A stretch of 64,000 bases of DNA from an uncultured Gemmatimonadales bacterium (GCA_963771275.1 CAVYSW010000003.1:482655-546654), one strand, 5' to 3'. Shown: positions 36,499-46,625, counted from the stretch's first letter. Numbers and translations: made by a program. Notes: generated by a model not told the origin, from the sequence alone.

Positions 36499-39400
36499 CA
36501 GAACCGTCGCTCCCACTGCACGTCGATACCGAGCTGGAGCTGGGTCCCGAAGCTCCCCGTCCCGGACAGGCTGCAGATGCGCACCGGGTCGGCGCTCGCG
36601 AGCAGGCTCCAGTGCTGCGCCACGCGGAACTCGAGGGTTCCGCCGACGTTCTGCAGGGTGAAGGCCTGCTTGCGACAGAGGCGGGGACTCACCGTGAGGA
36701 ACCACCGGTCCCCGATCTGGCGGCCGAACGCGATCTCCGTGGCTTCCAGGCCCCGGGCGCCAAATTGGGGCCGGACCTCGAGGAAGTCGAGCGGGATGCC
36801 CAAGTCGGCGATCAGCTGCCCGCCGAGCGAGCCGGTGATCTGGCTGCTGAGCGAGGTGAGGCTCTCCAGTCCGTAGCGGCCCGCCTCGCCGCTCGCCGCC
36901 GCTGCCGATGGAGCTCCGAGCACCAGGTACGACAGCACCTCGGCATCGGTGAGCGGCGGCTGCACGTCGCTCGACAGCTTGAGCTGCGGCACGAGGATCG
37001 TGCCGCCCAGATGGACGTAGACCTGCACCACCTCGCCCCGGGTGCCGCGCAACTGGTGGCGCGCGTCGATGTCGATCGCCGCGTTGAAGTCCGGTGTGCC
37101 GAAGTACCGGACCTCTCCGCGCGTGACGGTGAACGTCTCTCGCTTGCCGGGCAGGAACAGTTGGTACGTCCCGCGCGGCGTCCGCAGCGTGCCGTCGATG
37201 CGGTACTGGTCCCGGACCTTGTTGACGGTCACCTGGCCGGTGAGGAAAATATCGGCCTCGTTCGAGCGCAGATGAACGTCGTTTCCCATCGTGAGCACCA
37301 GTCCCGCGATTCTGAGACTGTCGAGAAAGCGGCTCTCGAAGCTCGGGCCGAGCCCCTGCTGCCGGATCAAAGCCGCCGTCGCCGAGTCGAGGACCCCGAG
37401 CGTGTCCTCGAGGTTCACGATCTGCTTCTCGACGATGTCCGCGAAGTGCACCACGCCCCGCGGGAGCGTTCCGGCGCCCGTGAGCACCGCCCCGTACACG
37501 GGCCCGGTAAGCTTGACGGCTCCGGACGTCGTCAGGGCCAGGAAGTCGCGAATGTCGAGCGCCCGGAAATTGTCCGCGGCGATCGACAAATCGAGTATCG
37601 GGCGCGTGAGCCCGGCCAGCTGCACGGTACCCCGCACCGCCGCCGTCCCTTCGCCGCTCACGGCGCTCAGCGTGTCCACCCGGATCGTATCGCCACTGAG
37701 CACCAGCCGGCCGAATATCTGCTGATGCCGGACGCCGAGCGCCGGGAACGTCGCGGCACCGTCACGGATCTCTGCCGATCCGGTCAGCCGCGGCGCCTCC
37801 CACGTGCCCGCGATGCCGAGGTCCACCCAGAGCCGGCCCTCCGTCCGTCGCACCATCGGCGTGATGGCGCTGAGCAGGCTCAGGTCCACGCCGTCCGCGC
37901 GGCCGCGGACGGTGATCGGACCGGGCAGGCGGCGTCGCTCCACCGCACGGAATCCCAGGTCGATCGGCAGGTCGAGCTCGACGGTCATGATGCGCGCGCC
38001 GGCGCGCCACGACTCGAGTGTCCCGGTGAGCTGCCGGCTCCCGTAGCGGACCGTGCCCTGGACGAGCGGCGTGCGAAACTCGCTGAACACGGCGTCGCGC
38101 ATCGAGAACGACCCGTCGATCTGGGGGGCGGCGGCGGTGCCTCCGATCCGGAACGTGCCGCTCAGCTCGCCGGCCACCGCCCCGGTATCGCGCTGCAGCA
38201 GGGCCGCCACATCCGGCAGCGGCAGGGCCTCGAGGCTGCCCTCCAGCGTCGCCGGGCCCGTGCGAGGCACGGCGCCCCGGAAGGCGACGCGCGACCGGCC
38301 GTCGAGGGTGGTCAGGGTCATGCCGGTAAGAGCGATCGCGCTGTCGCCGACGGTAGCGGTCGCGCCCGGCTCGAGCCGCCACCGATCCGTCGCCGCCGCC
38401 AGCGCCAGGGAATCGAACCGCACCACAAAGTCCCCCGCCCGCGCGAACCAGGTCCCACCCGCCCGCACCGCTGCCGCCTCGCCGACGCCGCCCAGCACGA
38501 TCCAGTTGAGCGAGTCCGCGCGCCCTACGACCGCTGCCACGAGATCGGCGAATCCGCGCTCGCCGACGAACGCGGAATCCACGTTCACTTGTGCCGCGAT
38601 CGCCCCGCGACCCCCGGCATCGAACCGTCCGACGCTGCGGGCGCCGCGCAGGCGGAACGCGTTCCAGATGAGCCGCGGGCCCTCGAGGCTCCAGGCGGCC
38701 GACAGCCGATCGAGCGACCCGGACAGCGTGACGCGTCCGCGCACCGTGCCGCGCAGAGTGTCGCCCGCGAGCGCCGCCGTATCACGCCCGGCGAGCTGCA
38801 GCAACAACGGCGCGAGCGACCCCAGTGAGTCGACCTGGACCTGGAGCGGCAGGGAATCGCTCCGCGACGCGTCCAGGCCGAGGCCGCCTCGACCCGCGAA
38901 CGTCACGCCGCGCGTCCGCAGCTCCAGCGTGTCCGCCAGCAGCACGCTGTCGCGCACCCGCACGTGGGCGCGCAGGGTGTCGAGCCGCGCGTCGCCGAGC
39001 AGCGACGGTCCGAGCACGAGCCGCAGGTCCATCACCGGGGGCGCGAGCGAGTCGACCTCCACGTTGCCCGTGAGGGTTCCGTTCAGCGCCGTGCCGTGCA
39101 GGCGCCGCTCGAGCGGCTCGAGCGTGAGCCCGCGGAACCGGACGTCCAGGTCGTGAGCCCCCAACCGTGACGCCACTAGGACGACGGTTCCCCCCCCTCG
39201 CAGCGCGCCGGTCGGGCCCGCGAGATCGAGGTCGAGCGACAGGGCGTCAAGGTACCCAGCAAGCCGAACTTCGCCGGCCATGGCGCCCGCGAGCGGGACC
39301 TGGGGGTAGCTGGGGCGCACGCCATCGTATTGCAGCGAGTCAAACCGGAGCGATCCCCAGACCCCCACCGTGTCGCGGCGGGTGTCGAGCCGGATCGTCC

Positions 39401-40805
39401 CGTCGGCGTGCGAAACCGGGAGATCGCCGTCGATGTGCGCCAGCAACCCGGTGAACGCGACGTTGCGCCACGGCCCGTCGAGCACGCCGGCCCCCTCGAC
39501 GTCGCCGCGCAGCTCCACGGACGGCGCGATGACGCGCACCGTGGCAAGTGCCACACGCGCGAACTCCACCTGGAACTTCCGGAACACGATGTCCCCGGGA
39601 ACCCCGAACGCGATCACGCCGCCCCCACGGATCCGGGTCTCGGCCGAATCCGCGCGCCGGTCGTGGAACACCCAGTCGATCTGCTGTCGCACCGCGCTCC
39701 GCGATCCGTCCATCTGGGTTCGCCCGGTGACCCGCCCGTCGACGGGCACCGTGTCCAGCAGCCCGCGCAGGTACGCCACGTCGAAGTCCCGGGTGGTCAC
39801 GTCCAGCCGCTCGGTCGCCCAATCCTGGCCCGGGCCCACCCGGGCACCGAACGACCCGCGGATGCCGCCGCCGTTCTCGGCCGTCAGGTCGAGCCGTTCA
39901 CCGCGGACGCGCAGCACGCTGTCCGTTTCGGACCGCACCGTGAGGGCACCGCTCCCGCTCAGCCCGGGAACAAGCCAGGCGAACAGGCCGGTGAGGTCGT
40001 CCGACGCAAACGCGTCGGCGCGGAACGCCAGGTCCACCCGCGGACCCGCGGCCAGATCCCACATGCGGCCGCGCATGGTGGATCGCGTCCCCGGCAGCTC
40101 CGCCCGATCGAGATCGAACACGATCGTGTCACCGATGACTTGCGCGCTGCCGTTCGCGTCGCGAATGTCGAGCGGCGGCTCGGAGACAAGTGCCGTGAGC
40201 GCCGTTACGTCGAGCCGGATCCCCCGTTCAGCGGGGAGTGGGGAGCTGAGGCGGACGTACGGCAGCAGCGCGCGCGGCACCTCGATGATGCGCTGGTGCA
40301 GGACCGCGCTGTCGGCCCGGGGCGTGCGGATCAGCACGCGGAGGCTGTCCACCGTGACGTTGCGGAACGCCACCAGGGGGCTGGGCCCTCCGCCCCCCCC
40401 ACCCTTCCCCAACCGGAGTACCTGCTGGTAGTTGAACGGTTCGCCGGGGAGGCGCTCCAGCGTGACGAGCGCGCCGGACAGGCTGAGCTCCCCGAGCACG
40501 ATCCGGCGGGAGAGGAAATCGCGCAGCCGGTAGCGGACCTGCAGACGGGCAATGTCGATGAAGGGGCGCCCGGCCTCGTCCGCCACGTGCACGCCGAACG
40601 CCACGAGCCCGTCGTACACCCCGCCGCTGGTGGAGTCCACCACCACGCTTCCGTGCACCGCGCGATTCGCGATGCGCAGCACCGTTCCCACGACGACGTC
40701 CCGCCCCGCTTCCGTCCCGAGTCCGGCGCCCGCGAGGCCCACCACGATCCCCCCGAGGCCGGCGAGCCCCAGCGCCACCCCGCGGACGACCCGCGCGCCT
40801 GTCAA
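36498..40805 (-). CDS. tamB: Translocation and assembly module protein TamB (AsmA-like, C-terminal DUF490)
   Basis: 1435 aa. N-terminal TM anchor, long beta-rich repetitive body, C-terminal ...LTDAEVLSYLVLG...LDFLEV...IAFGRQIGDRWFLTVS...LEFRV...W typical of TamB. TTG start 40805-40803 overlaps the Omp85 stop (TTGA). Confidence 0.85.
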   Translation of the reverse strand: MTGARVVRGVALGLAGLGGIVVGLAGAGLGTEAGRDVVVGTVLRIANRAVHGSVVVDSTSGGVYDGLVAFGVHVADEAGRPFIDIARLQVRYRLRDFLSRRIVLGELSLSGALVTLERLPGEPFNYQQVLRLGKGGGGGGPSPLVAFRNVTVDSLRVLIRTPRADSAVLHQRIIEVPRALLPYVRLSSPLPAERGIRLDVTALTALVSEPPLDIRDANGSAQVIGDTIVFDLDRAELPGTRSTMRGRMWDLAAGPRVDLAFRADAFASDDLTGLFAWLVPGLSGSGALTVRSETDSVLRVRGERLDLTAENGGGIRGSFGARVGPGQDWATERLDVTTRDFDVAYLRGLLDTVPVDGRVTGRTQMDGSRSAVRQQIDWVFHDRRADSAETRIRGGGVIAFGVPGDIVFRKFQVEFARVALATVRVIAPSVELRGDVEGAGVLDGPWRNVAFTGLLAHIDGDLPVSHADGTIRLDTRRDTVGVWGSLRFDSLQYDGVRPSYPQVPLAGAMAGEVRLAGYLDALSLDLDLAGPTGALRGGGTVVLVASRLGAHDLDVRFRGLTLEPLERRLHGTALNGTLTGNVEVDSLAPPVMDLRLVLGPSLLGDARLDTLRAHVRVRDSVLLADTLELRTRGVTFAGRGGLGLDASRSDSLPLQVQVDSLGSLAPLLLQLAGRDTAALAGDTLRGTVRGRVTLSGSLDRLSAAWSLEGPRLIWNAFRLRGARSVGRFDAGGRGAIAAQVNVDSAFVGERGFADLVAAVVGRADSLNWIVLGGVGEAAAVRAGGTWFARAGDFVVRFDSLALAAATDRWRLEPGATATVGDSAIALTGMTLTTLDGRSRVAFRGAVPRTGPATLEGSLEALPLPDVAALLQRDTGAVAGELSGTFRIGGTAAAPQIDGSFSMRDAVFSEFRTPLVQGTVRYGSRQLTGTLESWRAGARIMTVELDLPIDLGFRAVERRRLPGPITVRGRADGVDLSLLSAITPMVRRTEGRLWVDLGIAGTWEAPRLTGSAEIRDGAATFPALGVRHQQIFGRLVLSGDTIRVDTLSAVSGEGTAAVRGTVQLAGLTRPILDLSIAADNFRALDIRDFLALTTSGAVKLTGPVYGAVLTGAGTLPRGVVHFADIVEKQIVNLEDTLGVLDSATAALIRQQGLGPSFESRFLDSLRIAGLVLTMGNDVHLRSNEADIFLTGQVTVNKVRDQYRIDGTLRTPRGTYQLFLPGKRETFTVTRGEVRYFGTPDFNAAIDIDARHQLRGTRGEVVQVYVHLGGTILVPQLKLSSDVQPPLTDAEVLSYLVLGAPSAAAASGEAGRYGLESLTSLSSQITGSLGGQLIADLGIPLDFLEVRPQFGARGLEATEIAFGRQIGDRWFLTVSPRLCRKQAFTLQNVGGTLEFRVAQHWSLLASADPVRICSLSGTGSFGTQLQLGIDVQWERRF

Positions 40806-42982
40806 AACGCCTGCCCCACGGAGAAATGCAGCTGCAGCCGCCTGAAGAACGATCGGGCGGCCGGAGGGGCGTACGAGGAGTCAATGAGCACGAGCAGAGA
40901 GCCCACCTCCCGGTACAGCGGGCCGGGCTCCGGTCCGTAGCCATTGTAGCCGAGGTCGAGCCGGATCGGACCGATGCCGGTGTTGAAGCGCAGCCCGACC
41001 CCCGGCGTGATCCGCAGCCCCCGGTACTTAAGCACCTCGTCGCCGCGCACGAACACCTGTCCCGCGTCGACGAACATCGCACCTTCAAGGCGATTGGCGA
41101 GCCCGGGCAGCGGGAAGCGGAGCTCGGCATTGGCGAACAGGAGATCGTTTCCGCCGGACGCCGATGTCACCGTATCCGGCGTCATGCTCACCGAATCGGT
41201 TCGGATCACCCGCACCTGGGGGCCGAGCCGGTTCTGCCCGTAGCCGCGCACGCTGCTGGGCCCGCCGCCGTAAAACCGCTCTTCAGGCGGCACGTACCGG
41301 AGGTTCTGCCCGCCGGCCGCCAGCGTGGCCGGCACGATGGTGCCCGCCTGGAGCCGCCAGGCGAGCACGCCGCTCCGGCCGACCCGGAGGTACATCGCCC
41401 ACTGGGCCTGCAGGCGGGTGAACTGCGCGAGCGAATCGGAGCCGATGAGCGGGGACGCCCACTTGAGCTCCAACGACGCCAGGTTGCCGCGCGTCGGGTT
41501 GAGCACTGAGTTCTGGCGGTTCCGTACCGCGACCAGGCTCAGCGCGGACTGCACCAGCGGCTCCTGGAATACGGCGATGTCCTCGGCGTTGCACACGTTC
41601 AGGAAGACGCAGAACGACGCCGGCTCCGCCTTCGTATTGCCACGCTCCAGACTGTAGGACAGCGTCACGGGCAGGCCCGACGCGGCGCGATAGGTCAGCG
41701 CCAGGTCTCCACCAACCGCCTCCCGCACGTAGGCCAGCAGCTCGCTCCGCCGCTCGCCCGTGAACGTGAGGGTCGCACTCGTCCCGTGCAGCAGCACCAT
41801 CGGCTGCGTGAGGCTCGCGGTCACGTTGTAGTTCAGCGCCAGCCGGCTGCTGTCCGTCTCGGCGTCGAGACCCCGGCAGACGTTGTTCTGCAGCCCCCAG
41901 GAAAACGGGGCGCCCGTTCCGATCTTCGACAGCCGGGCCGATACATCCAGCACGCGCGCACCACCGAGAAAATGATGCGCGGTCAGCGCGCCGAGGACGC
42001 GGAAACAGTCGAGCGTGCCGTACCCACCGCCCAGCCGCACGCGGTGCAGCGGTCCCTCACGCACACGCACCTGCACCGCGACGAGGGAATCGGCGGGGCC
42101 TTCGGCGATCGAATCCGCCAGTCGCACGTCGACGTAGTCGAACGCGCCGGTCCGGTAGAGGTCGGCTTGGGCCGCGTACAGGTCCGCGCGACGGTAGGCG
42201 TTCCCGGGGCGGATGGGGATGAGGCCGCGAATGACCGACGCCGAAATCCGGCCGGCACCGACCACGTCCACCTGCGACACCCGCGCGTGCGGCCCCGGAT
42301 CGACGTCGAACGTCACCTGCGCGGTGCGCTTCTCGCGGTCCACCTCGAAGCCGCGGAACACCTGCGCGAACGGGTAGCCGCGGTTCTCCAGCGCCGAGAG
42401 AATCGTGTCCGTGGATGCGCGCAGCCGCAGCCGATTGAACGGATCACCGACGGCGAGCGGCAGGTCGGCCAGCAGGCCGTGCTCCGGGACAATCCCCTCG
42501 GCGCCCGCGAGCGAGAGCTGCGTGATCCTGACGGGCGGTCCCTCGTCGATCAGGAACCGGATCCTGACCCTGGTGCTGTCGCGGCGCACGACGGTATCGA
42601 CGCGCGCTTCGAGGAAGCCGCTTTGCGAGTACAGCAAGTGGAGCCGCGCGACATCCCGGCGAAACTCGCGCTCATCGAAGTAGCGGCGCTCGCCGAGCCC
42701 GAGCCACGACAGGTTGCGCGCCCACCAGCTCGAGTTCGACGTCGCGATCGAGATGCCGAGCGTGTAGTCGTCGATCGCGTGGTTGCCCTCGAAGCTGAGC
42801 CCCATGACCTGGAGCCTGCCCGGGAGGCTGTCCTGCGCGCGCAGCGTCCGGCCGGCGAGCAGCCACCCGGTGCAGCACAGCAGCATGAGCGCGACGGTGC
42901 GAATACCAACTCCTCTCGGCACGCGAGGGGCCCGCGCGCCGGGCGCCGGGGCGGCTTGACGGAATGCGGATAACCTCTTCAA
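40802..42982 (-). CDS. Omp85-family outer membrane protein (TamA/BamA-like) with POTRA repeats
   Basis: 726 aa. POTRA-like repeats (V.GLSFEGNHAIDD..L, VTFDVDPGP...), C-terminal 16-strand-barrel-like region ending ...RLQLHFSVGQAF. The start (TTG 42982) is uncertain; internal starts just before MLLCCTGWLLAG are possible. Confidence 0.8.
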   Translation of the reverse strand: MKRLSAFRQAAPAPGARAPRVPRGVGIRTVALMLLCCTGWLLAGRTLRAQDSLPGRLQVMGLSFEGNHAIDDYTLGISIATSNSSWWARNLSWLGLGERRYFDEREFRRDVARLHLLYSQSGFLEARVDTVVRRDSTRVRIRFLIDEGPPVRITQLSLAGAEGIVPEHGLLADLPLAVGDPFNRLRLRASTDTILSALENRGYPFAQVFRGFEVDREKRTAQVTFDVDPGPHARVSQVDVVGAGRISASVIRGLIPIRPGNAYRRADLYAAQADLYRTGAFDYVDVRLADSIAEGPADSLVAVQVRVREGPLHRVRLGGGYGTLDCFRVLGALTAHHFLGGARVLDVSARLSKIGTGAPFSWGLQNNVCRGLDAETDSSRLALNYNVTASLTQPMVLLHGTSATLTFTGERRSELLAYVREAVGGDLALTYRAASGLPVTLSYSLERGNTKAEPASFCVFLNVCNAEDIAVFQEPLVQSALSLVAVRNRQNSVLNPTRGNLASLELKWASPLIGSDSLAQFTRLQAQWAMYLRVGRSGVLAWRLQAGTIVPATLAAGGQNLRYVPPEERFYGGGPSSVRGYGQNRLGPQVRVIRTDSVSMTPDTVTSASGGNDLLFANAELRFPLPGLANRLEGAMFVDAGQVFVRGDEVLKYRGLRITPGVGLRFNTGIGPIRLDLGYNGYGPEPGPLYREVGSLLVLIDSSYAPPAARSFFRRLQLHFSVGQAF

Positions 42983-43046
42983 GTTCAGCAGGTTACGTTA
43001 TCGTGTCAACTTGCGGTGCGGCCCGAGGGCCGCCCGTTGCCGGAGG

Positions 43047-44525
43047 ATGCGCGTGTACCGATCCCTCGTGTGCCTCGTGCTCGCCCTGCAAGTCGCACCA
43101 GCTACGGCGCCGGCGCAGAGCCTGCAGCGCAGGCTCGACCGGCTGCTCGACGCCCCGCCGTTCGACCGCGCCGCTTGGGGGGTCATCGTCACCGACTCGA
43201 CGGGACGCGTGCTCTACGCGCGCAACGCCGATCGCCTGTTCGTGCCCGCGTCGAACACGAAGCTCGTCGTGACCGCCGCCGCGAGCGCGCTCCTCCCGGA
43301 GAACGCCCGGATCGAGACCAGCGTGTACGGGACCGGCCCCGTCGAGCACGGCACCCTGCAGGGGGACCTCGTGGTGTACGGACGCGGCGACCCGACGTTT
43401 TCCACCCGTTGCTATGGCACCGACACGCTCGCCCTCGGCGCGTGCGAGGTTGCCTGGGACCGGCTCGACGCGATGGCCGACAGCATGCGCGCGCGTGGCA
43501 TCCGGCACGTCGCCGGCTCCCTCGTCGGCGACGGCAGCTATTTCAGCGGACCGCTGTTCCAGGCCGACTGGAACGCATACGACCTCAACTGGTGGTACGC
43601 CGCGCCGGTGTCGGCCCTCGGATTCAACGATAACGCCGTCGACATCAGGTGGGGCCCCGGCCCGGCAGTCGGCGCGCCGGCAGCGGTCACGATCACTCCA
43701 GACGTCGGACTCGTGCGGTTCGAGAACCGCACGAGCACCGCGGATTCCGCGGCCCGGACGACCGTGGACTTCTACCGGACGCCGGGCACCTGGGACGTGT
43801 GGGCCGATGGCGTCGTGGCGGCGAACCGGGCCCCGACCACGGAGTACTTCGCACTCCCCGACCCCAACCTGTTCTTCGCCGCGGCGTTGCGCGCGGCCTT
43901 GGCGCGCCACGGGGTGAGCATTGCGGGCCCCACCCTCGCCACCACCGACAGCCTCCAGTATCGCGCCGCGCGTGCAACGGCGGCGCTCGTCACGTACGCG
44001 GGGCGCCCACGCGACGACATCCTGTTTCCGATCCTCAACACCAGCCAGAACTGGTTCGCCGAAATGCTGCTCAAGACGCTCGGCCGGCGCGTGGCCGGCA
44101 CGGGATCCTGGACGGCCGGCCTGGAAGTGGAACGGCGATTCCTGGTGGACTCGGTGCGCGCGGACTCAGCCGGGTTCAGCCTGAGCGATGGGTCCGGGCT
44201 GTCCACCGGGAATCTCGTCGCCCCCCGCACCTTCGCCATGCTGCTGCGCTACATGTGGTCCCACCCGTCGCGGGCGGGCTTTCTCCGCGCGCTGCCGCGC
44301 TCCGGTCAGCCCGGCTCGCTCCGGACCCGCTTCGTCGCAACGCCGCTCGAGGGACGCGTGGTCGCCAAGACCGGGAGCATCGCGCACGTGAACTCGCTGT
44401 CCGGCTACATCGAGCGGCCCGCCCGCGGGCCACTGGTGTTCTCCGTAATGGTGAACAACCACACGGTGGGGGGACGGCGGGTGCTGCAGCAGATCGACTC
44501 GGTCGTGGTGCAGATGGCGCGCTAG
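43047..44525 (+). CDS. dacB: D-alanyl-D-alanine carboxypeptidase/endopeptidase (PBP4, peptidase S13)
   Basis: FVPASNTKLVV (SxxK), SDGSGLS, KTGS. ATG 43047 preceded by GGAGG. Signal peptide MRVYRSLVCLVLALQVAPATAPAQS. Confidence 0.85.
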   Translation: MRVYRSLVCLVLALQVAPATAPAQSLQRRLDRLLDAPPFDRAAWGVIVTDSTGRVLYARNADRLFVPASNTKLVVTAAASALLPENARIETSVYGTGPVEHGTLQGDLVVYGRGDPTFSTRCYGTDTLALGACEVAWDRLDAMADSMRARGIRHVAGSLVGDGSYFSGPLFQADWNAYDLNWWYAAPVSALGFNDNAVDIRWGPGPAVGAPAAVTITPDVGLVRFENRTSTADSAARTTVDFYRTPGTWDVWADGVVAANRAPTTEYFALPDPNLFFAAALRAALARHGVSIAGPTLATTDSLQYRAARATAALVTYAGRPRDDILFPILNTSQNWFAEMLLKTLGRRVAGTGSWTAGLEVERRFLVDSVRADSAGFSLSDGSGLSTGNLVAPRTFAMLLRYMWSHPSRAGFLRALPRSGQPGSLRTRFVATPLEGRVVAKTGSIAHVNSLSGYIERPARGPLVFSVMVNNHTVGGRRVLQQIDSVVVQMAR

Positions 44526-45925
44526 CGGGCCTGCTTCCCCGCCAGCACGCCGAGCATCTCCTCCACGCTGGTGCACTTCACGCGCGGCCGCCGCGCAGCC
44601 TTGCCCCGGGCGACCTCCTGTTCATCGACGCGCAGCCAGTCCGGATAGGTCACGCAGTCCGGCTGGCGCGAGCGCACCAGCATCTCGGCGAGCGCGGGAT
44701 CCGGACGGTCGGGCTCGAGCATCACCCCCCGCTCGACGTCCGCCAACAGCGCCTCCACGGTTTCGACGGCGCAGGGCTTGTTGGTGCCGATCACGCCGGA
44801 CGGACCGCGCTTGATCCAGCCCGTGACGTACATCCCGGGGAGCGGCTGCCCGTCCCGCACCACCCGCCCCTGCTCGTTCGGCACGATGCCCCGCGGCTCG
44901 TCGAACGGGAGCCCGGGAAGGGCGATGCCGCGATATCCCACCGACCGGAACACGAGATCGACCGGCAGCTCCTCGGTGTGCTCGGTCGCCACGGCCCGCG
45001 CTCCGCCCCGGCCATCGTCCTCGAGCCGGTTGCGGACGAGACGCAGGCCGGACACCCCTCCCGCCGCGTCCCCCAGCAACGCCACCGGCGAGAGCAGGAA
45101 CCGCAGCGTCAGCAACTTCGGCGCGGTGCCCCTCGGCCGCCGGGAGAACTCCTCGAGAATCTCGACCTTCTTCGCCAGCGCACGGTCGGCGGCGGCCGCG
45201 AGGTGCGCCCGGCTCAGCGGATCCAGAGCGACCTCCTCGGGAGACACCGTGACATCCGCGCCGGCCAGCTCCCCCAGCTCCCGGACCTCCGGCGTCGTGA
45301 AGGCCGCCTGGACCGGACCGCGCCGGCCGATCAGATACACCTCGCGAATGTCGCTCCGTGCCAGCGCGTCCTGGGCGTAGGGCGTGATATCGGTACCCGC
45401 GAGCTCCTCGGGCGTACGGCAGAGGATCCGGGCCACGTCCACCGCGACATTGCCGACGCCGATCACGGCGACGCGCTTCCCCGAGAGGTCGAACTCCCGG
45501 TCGCGGAAGTCGGGGTGGCCGTTGTACCAGGCCACGAACTCGGTGGCGGGGTGGCTGCGGGCGAGATCCTCACCCGGCACGCCGAGACGCCGGTCGGTCT
45601 GCGCCCCGGTGGCGAAGCACACGGCGTGATAGTGGCGCGCGAGGTCGTCGAGCTGCACGTGCACGCCGACATCGACGTTCCCGAAGAAGCGGAAGCCGGG
45701 CTTCCGCGCGACCTTGTCGAACGAGCGGATCACGCTCTTGATCTTCTGGTGATCGGGCGCGACCCCGAAGCGCACCAGCCCGAACGGCGCGGGCAGGCGC
45801 TCGAACATGTCGACGGAAACGTCGAGACCGGACCGCCCGAGCAGGGACTCGGCGGCGAAGAAGGCGGCGGGGCCCGACCCGACGATGGCGACACGCAGTG
45901 GACGTGGACCGGCCATGATGCTCAC
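44522..45925 (-). CDS. fprA: NADPH-ferredoxin reductase, FprA/adrenodoxin-reductase family
   Basis: VAIVGSGPAAFFAA, MFERLPAPFGLVRFGVAPDHQKIK, VAVIGVGNVAVDVARIL, GRRGPVQAAFTTPE.REL, VTGWIKRGPSGVIGTNK. Colinear with mycobacterial FprA as I recall it. Confidence 0.8.
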   Translation of the reverse strand: MSIMAGPRPLRVAIVGSGPAAFFAAESLLGRSGLDVSVDMFERLPAPFGLVRFGVAPDHQKIKSVIRSFDKVARKPGFRFFGNVDVGVHVQLDDLARHYHAVCFATGAQTDRRLGVPGEDLARSHPATEFVAWYNGHPDFRDREFDLSGKRVAVIGVGNVAVDVARILCRTPEELAGTDITPYAQDALARSDIREVYLIGRRGPVQAAFTTPEVRELGELAGADVTVSPEEVALDPLSRAHLAAAADRALAKKVEILEEFSRRPRGTAPKLLTLRFLLSPVALLGDAAGGVSGLRLVRNRLEDDGRGGARAVATEHTEELPVDLVFRSVGYRGIALPGLPFDEPRGIVPNEQGRVVRDGQPLPGMYVTGWIKRGPSGVIGTNKPCAVETVEALLADVERGVMLEPDRPDPALAEMLVRSRQPDCVTYPDWLRVDEQEVARGKAARRPRVKCTSVEEMLGVLAGKQAR

Positions 45926-46078
45926 CGATGGAGAATCCCAGGACCGAAGATCGACGGACGGACCGGCGGAGGGAAGACGCGCGGACTGCTATGTCGGCCT
46001 GTCCGCATGCGGCGCGTGCGCCGCGCGCGCCGGGCGTCCTTCCGCGTTCACACCGGCCGGCCTACCTTCTACGGTCCG

Positions 46079-46624
46079 ATGAAGATCTACACCAAGACCG
46101 GGGACGGGGGCGAGACGTCGCTGTTCGGCGGCGGGCGTGTGCCGAAGAACGACCCGCGCGTCGCCGCGTACGGCGACGTGGACGAGCTCAACTCCGCAGT
46201 CGGCCTGGCGCTGGCAACCGAGCCGCGCGACCTCGAGTTCGAGCTGCTCGAGCAGATCCAGCGGGACCTCTTCGCCATCGGCGGCCAGCTCGCGACTCGC
46301 GATCCCGACAAGGTCGCCAGGGCGCTGGCCAAGGCGCAGATCGACGGGCGCCGGATCACGGCGATGGAGGCGGCGATCGACCGCGCCGACGCGGTGTTGC
46401 CGCCGCTCGCCGCCTTCGTGCTGCCGGGCGGGACGCCCAAGGCGGCGGCGCTGCACGTCGCCCGAACCGTCTGCCGCCGCGCCGAACGCAGCATCGTGGC
46501 GCTGCGTGACCGGGAACCCGTCCCGCCGGTCGTGCTCGTGTACCTCAACCGGCTGTCGGACCTGCTGTTCGCTCTGGCCCGCCTCGCGAATCAGCGGGCC
46601 GGCGTGCCCGATCGGACCTGGTGA
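46079..46624 (+). CDS. PduO-type ATP:cob(I)alamin adenosyltransferase
   Basis: MKIYTKTGDGGETSLFGGGRVPKNDPRV.AYGDVDELNS..G, LQ.IQRDLF..G..LA, FVLPGG, HVARTVCRRAER, YLNRLSDLLF. Tail of ORF 43649..46624 from ATG 46079. Confidence 0.9.
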   Translation: MKIYTKTGDGGETSLFGGGRVPKNDPRVAAYGDVDELNSAVGLALATEPRDLEFELLEQIQRDLFAIGGQLATRDPDKVARALAKAQIDGRRITAMEAAIDRADAVLPPLAAFVLPGGTPKAAALHVARTVCRRAERSIVALRDREPVPPVVLVYLNRLSDLLFALARLANQRAGVPDRTW

Positions 46625-46625
46625 G

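Noticed and set aside
36612-38828. 738-aa + strand ORF inside tamB, with a second one at 39330-40940
   Set aside because: It is antisense to the 1435-aa TamB gene, whose C-terminal DUF490-like region and N-terminal anchor are recognisable. The translated sequence is Arg/Glu/Pro-rich with no features.
42961-43010. DnaA-box-like sequences (TTATCCGCA on the - strand at about 42966-42974; TTATCGTGT on the + strand) in the AT-richer divergent region between the Omp85 gene and dacB, considered as an origin
   Set aside because: There is only one near-consensus box in a roughly 64-nt spacer. There is no cluster, no AT-rich 13-mer-type unwinding element, and no dnaA/dnaN nearby. It is more likely just a divergent promoter region.
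45926-46078. Possible cobalamin riboswitch upstream of the PduO-type adenosyltransferase, and a TPP riboswitch upstream of thiE
   Set aside because: I could not find a B12-box-like core (GCCACTG context) in the 153-nt divergent region. There is no leader at all upstream of thiE. A cmsearch would be decisive, but nothing is visible by eye.
43649-46624. 991-aa + strand ORF running from dacB through fprA to the adenosyltransferase
   Set aside because: Only the last 181 codons (from ATG 46079, MKIYTKTGDGGETS...) match a protein family. The rest is out of frame with dacB and antisense to fprA.
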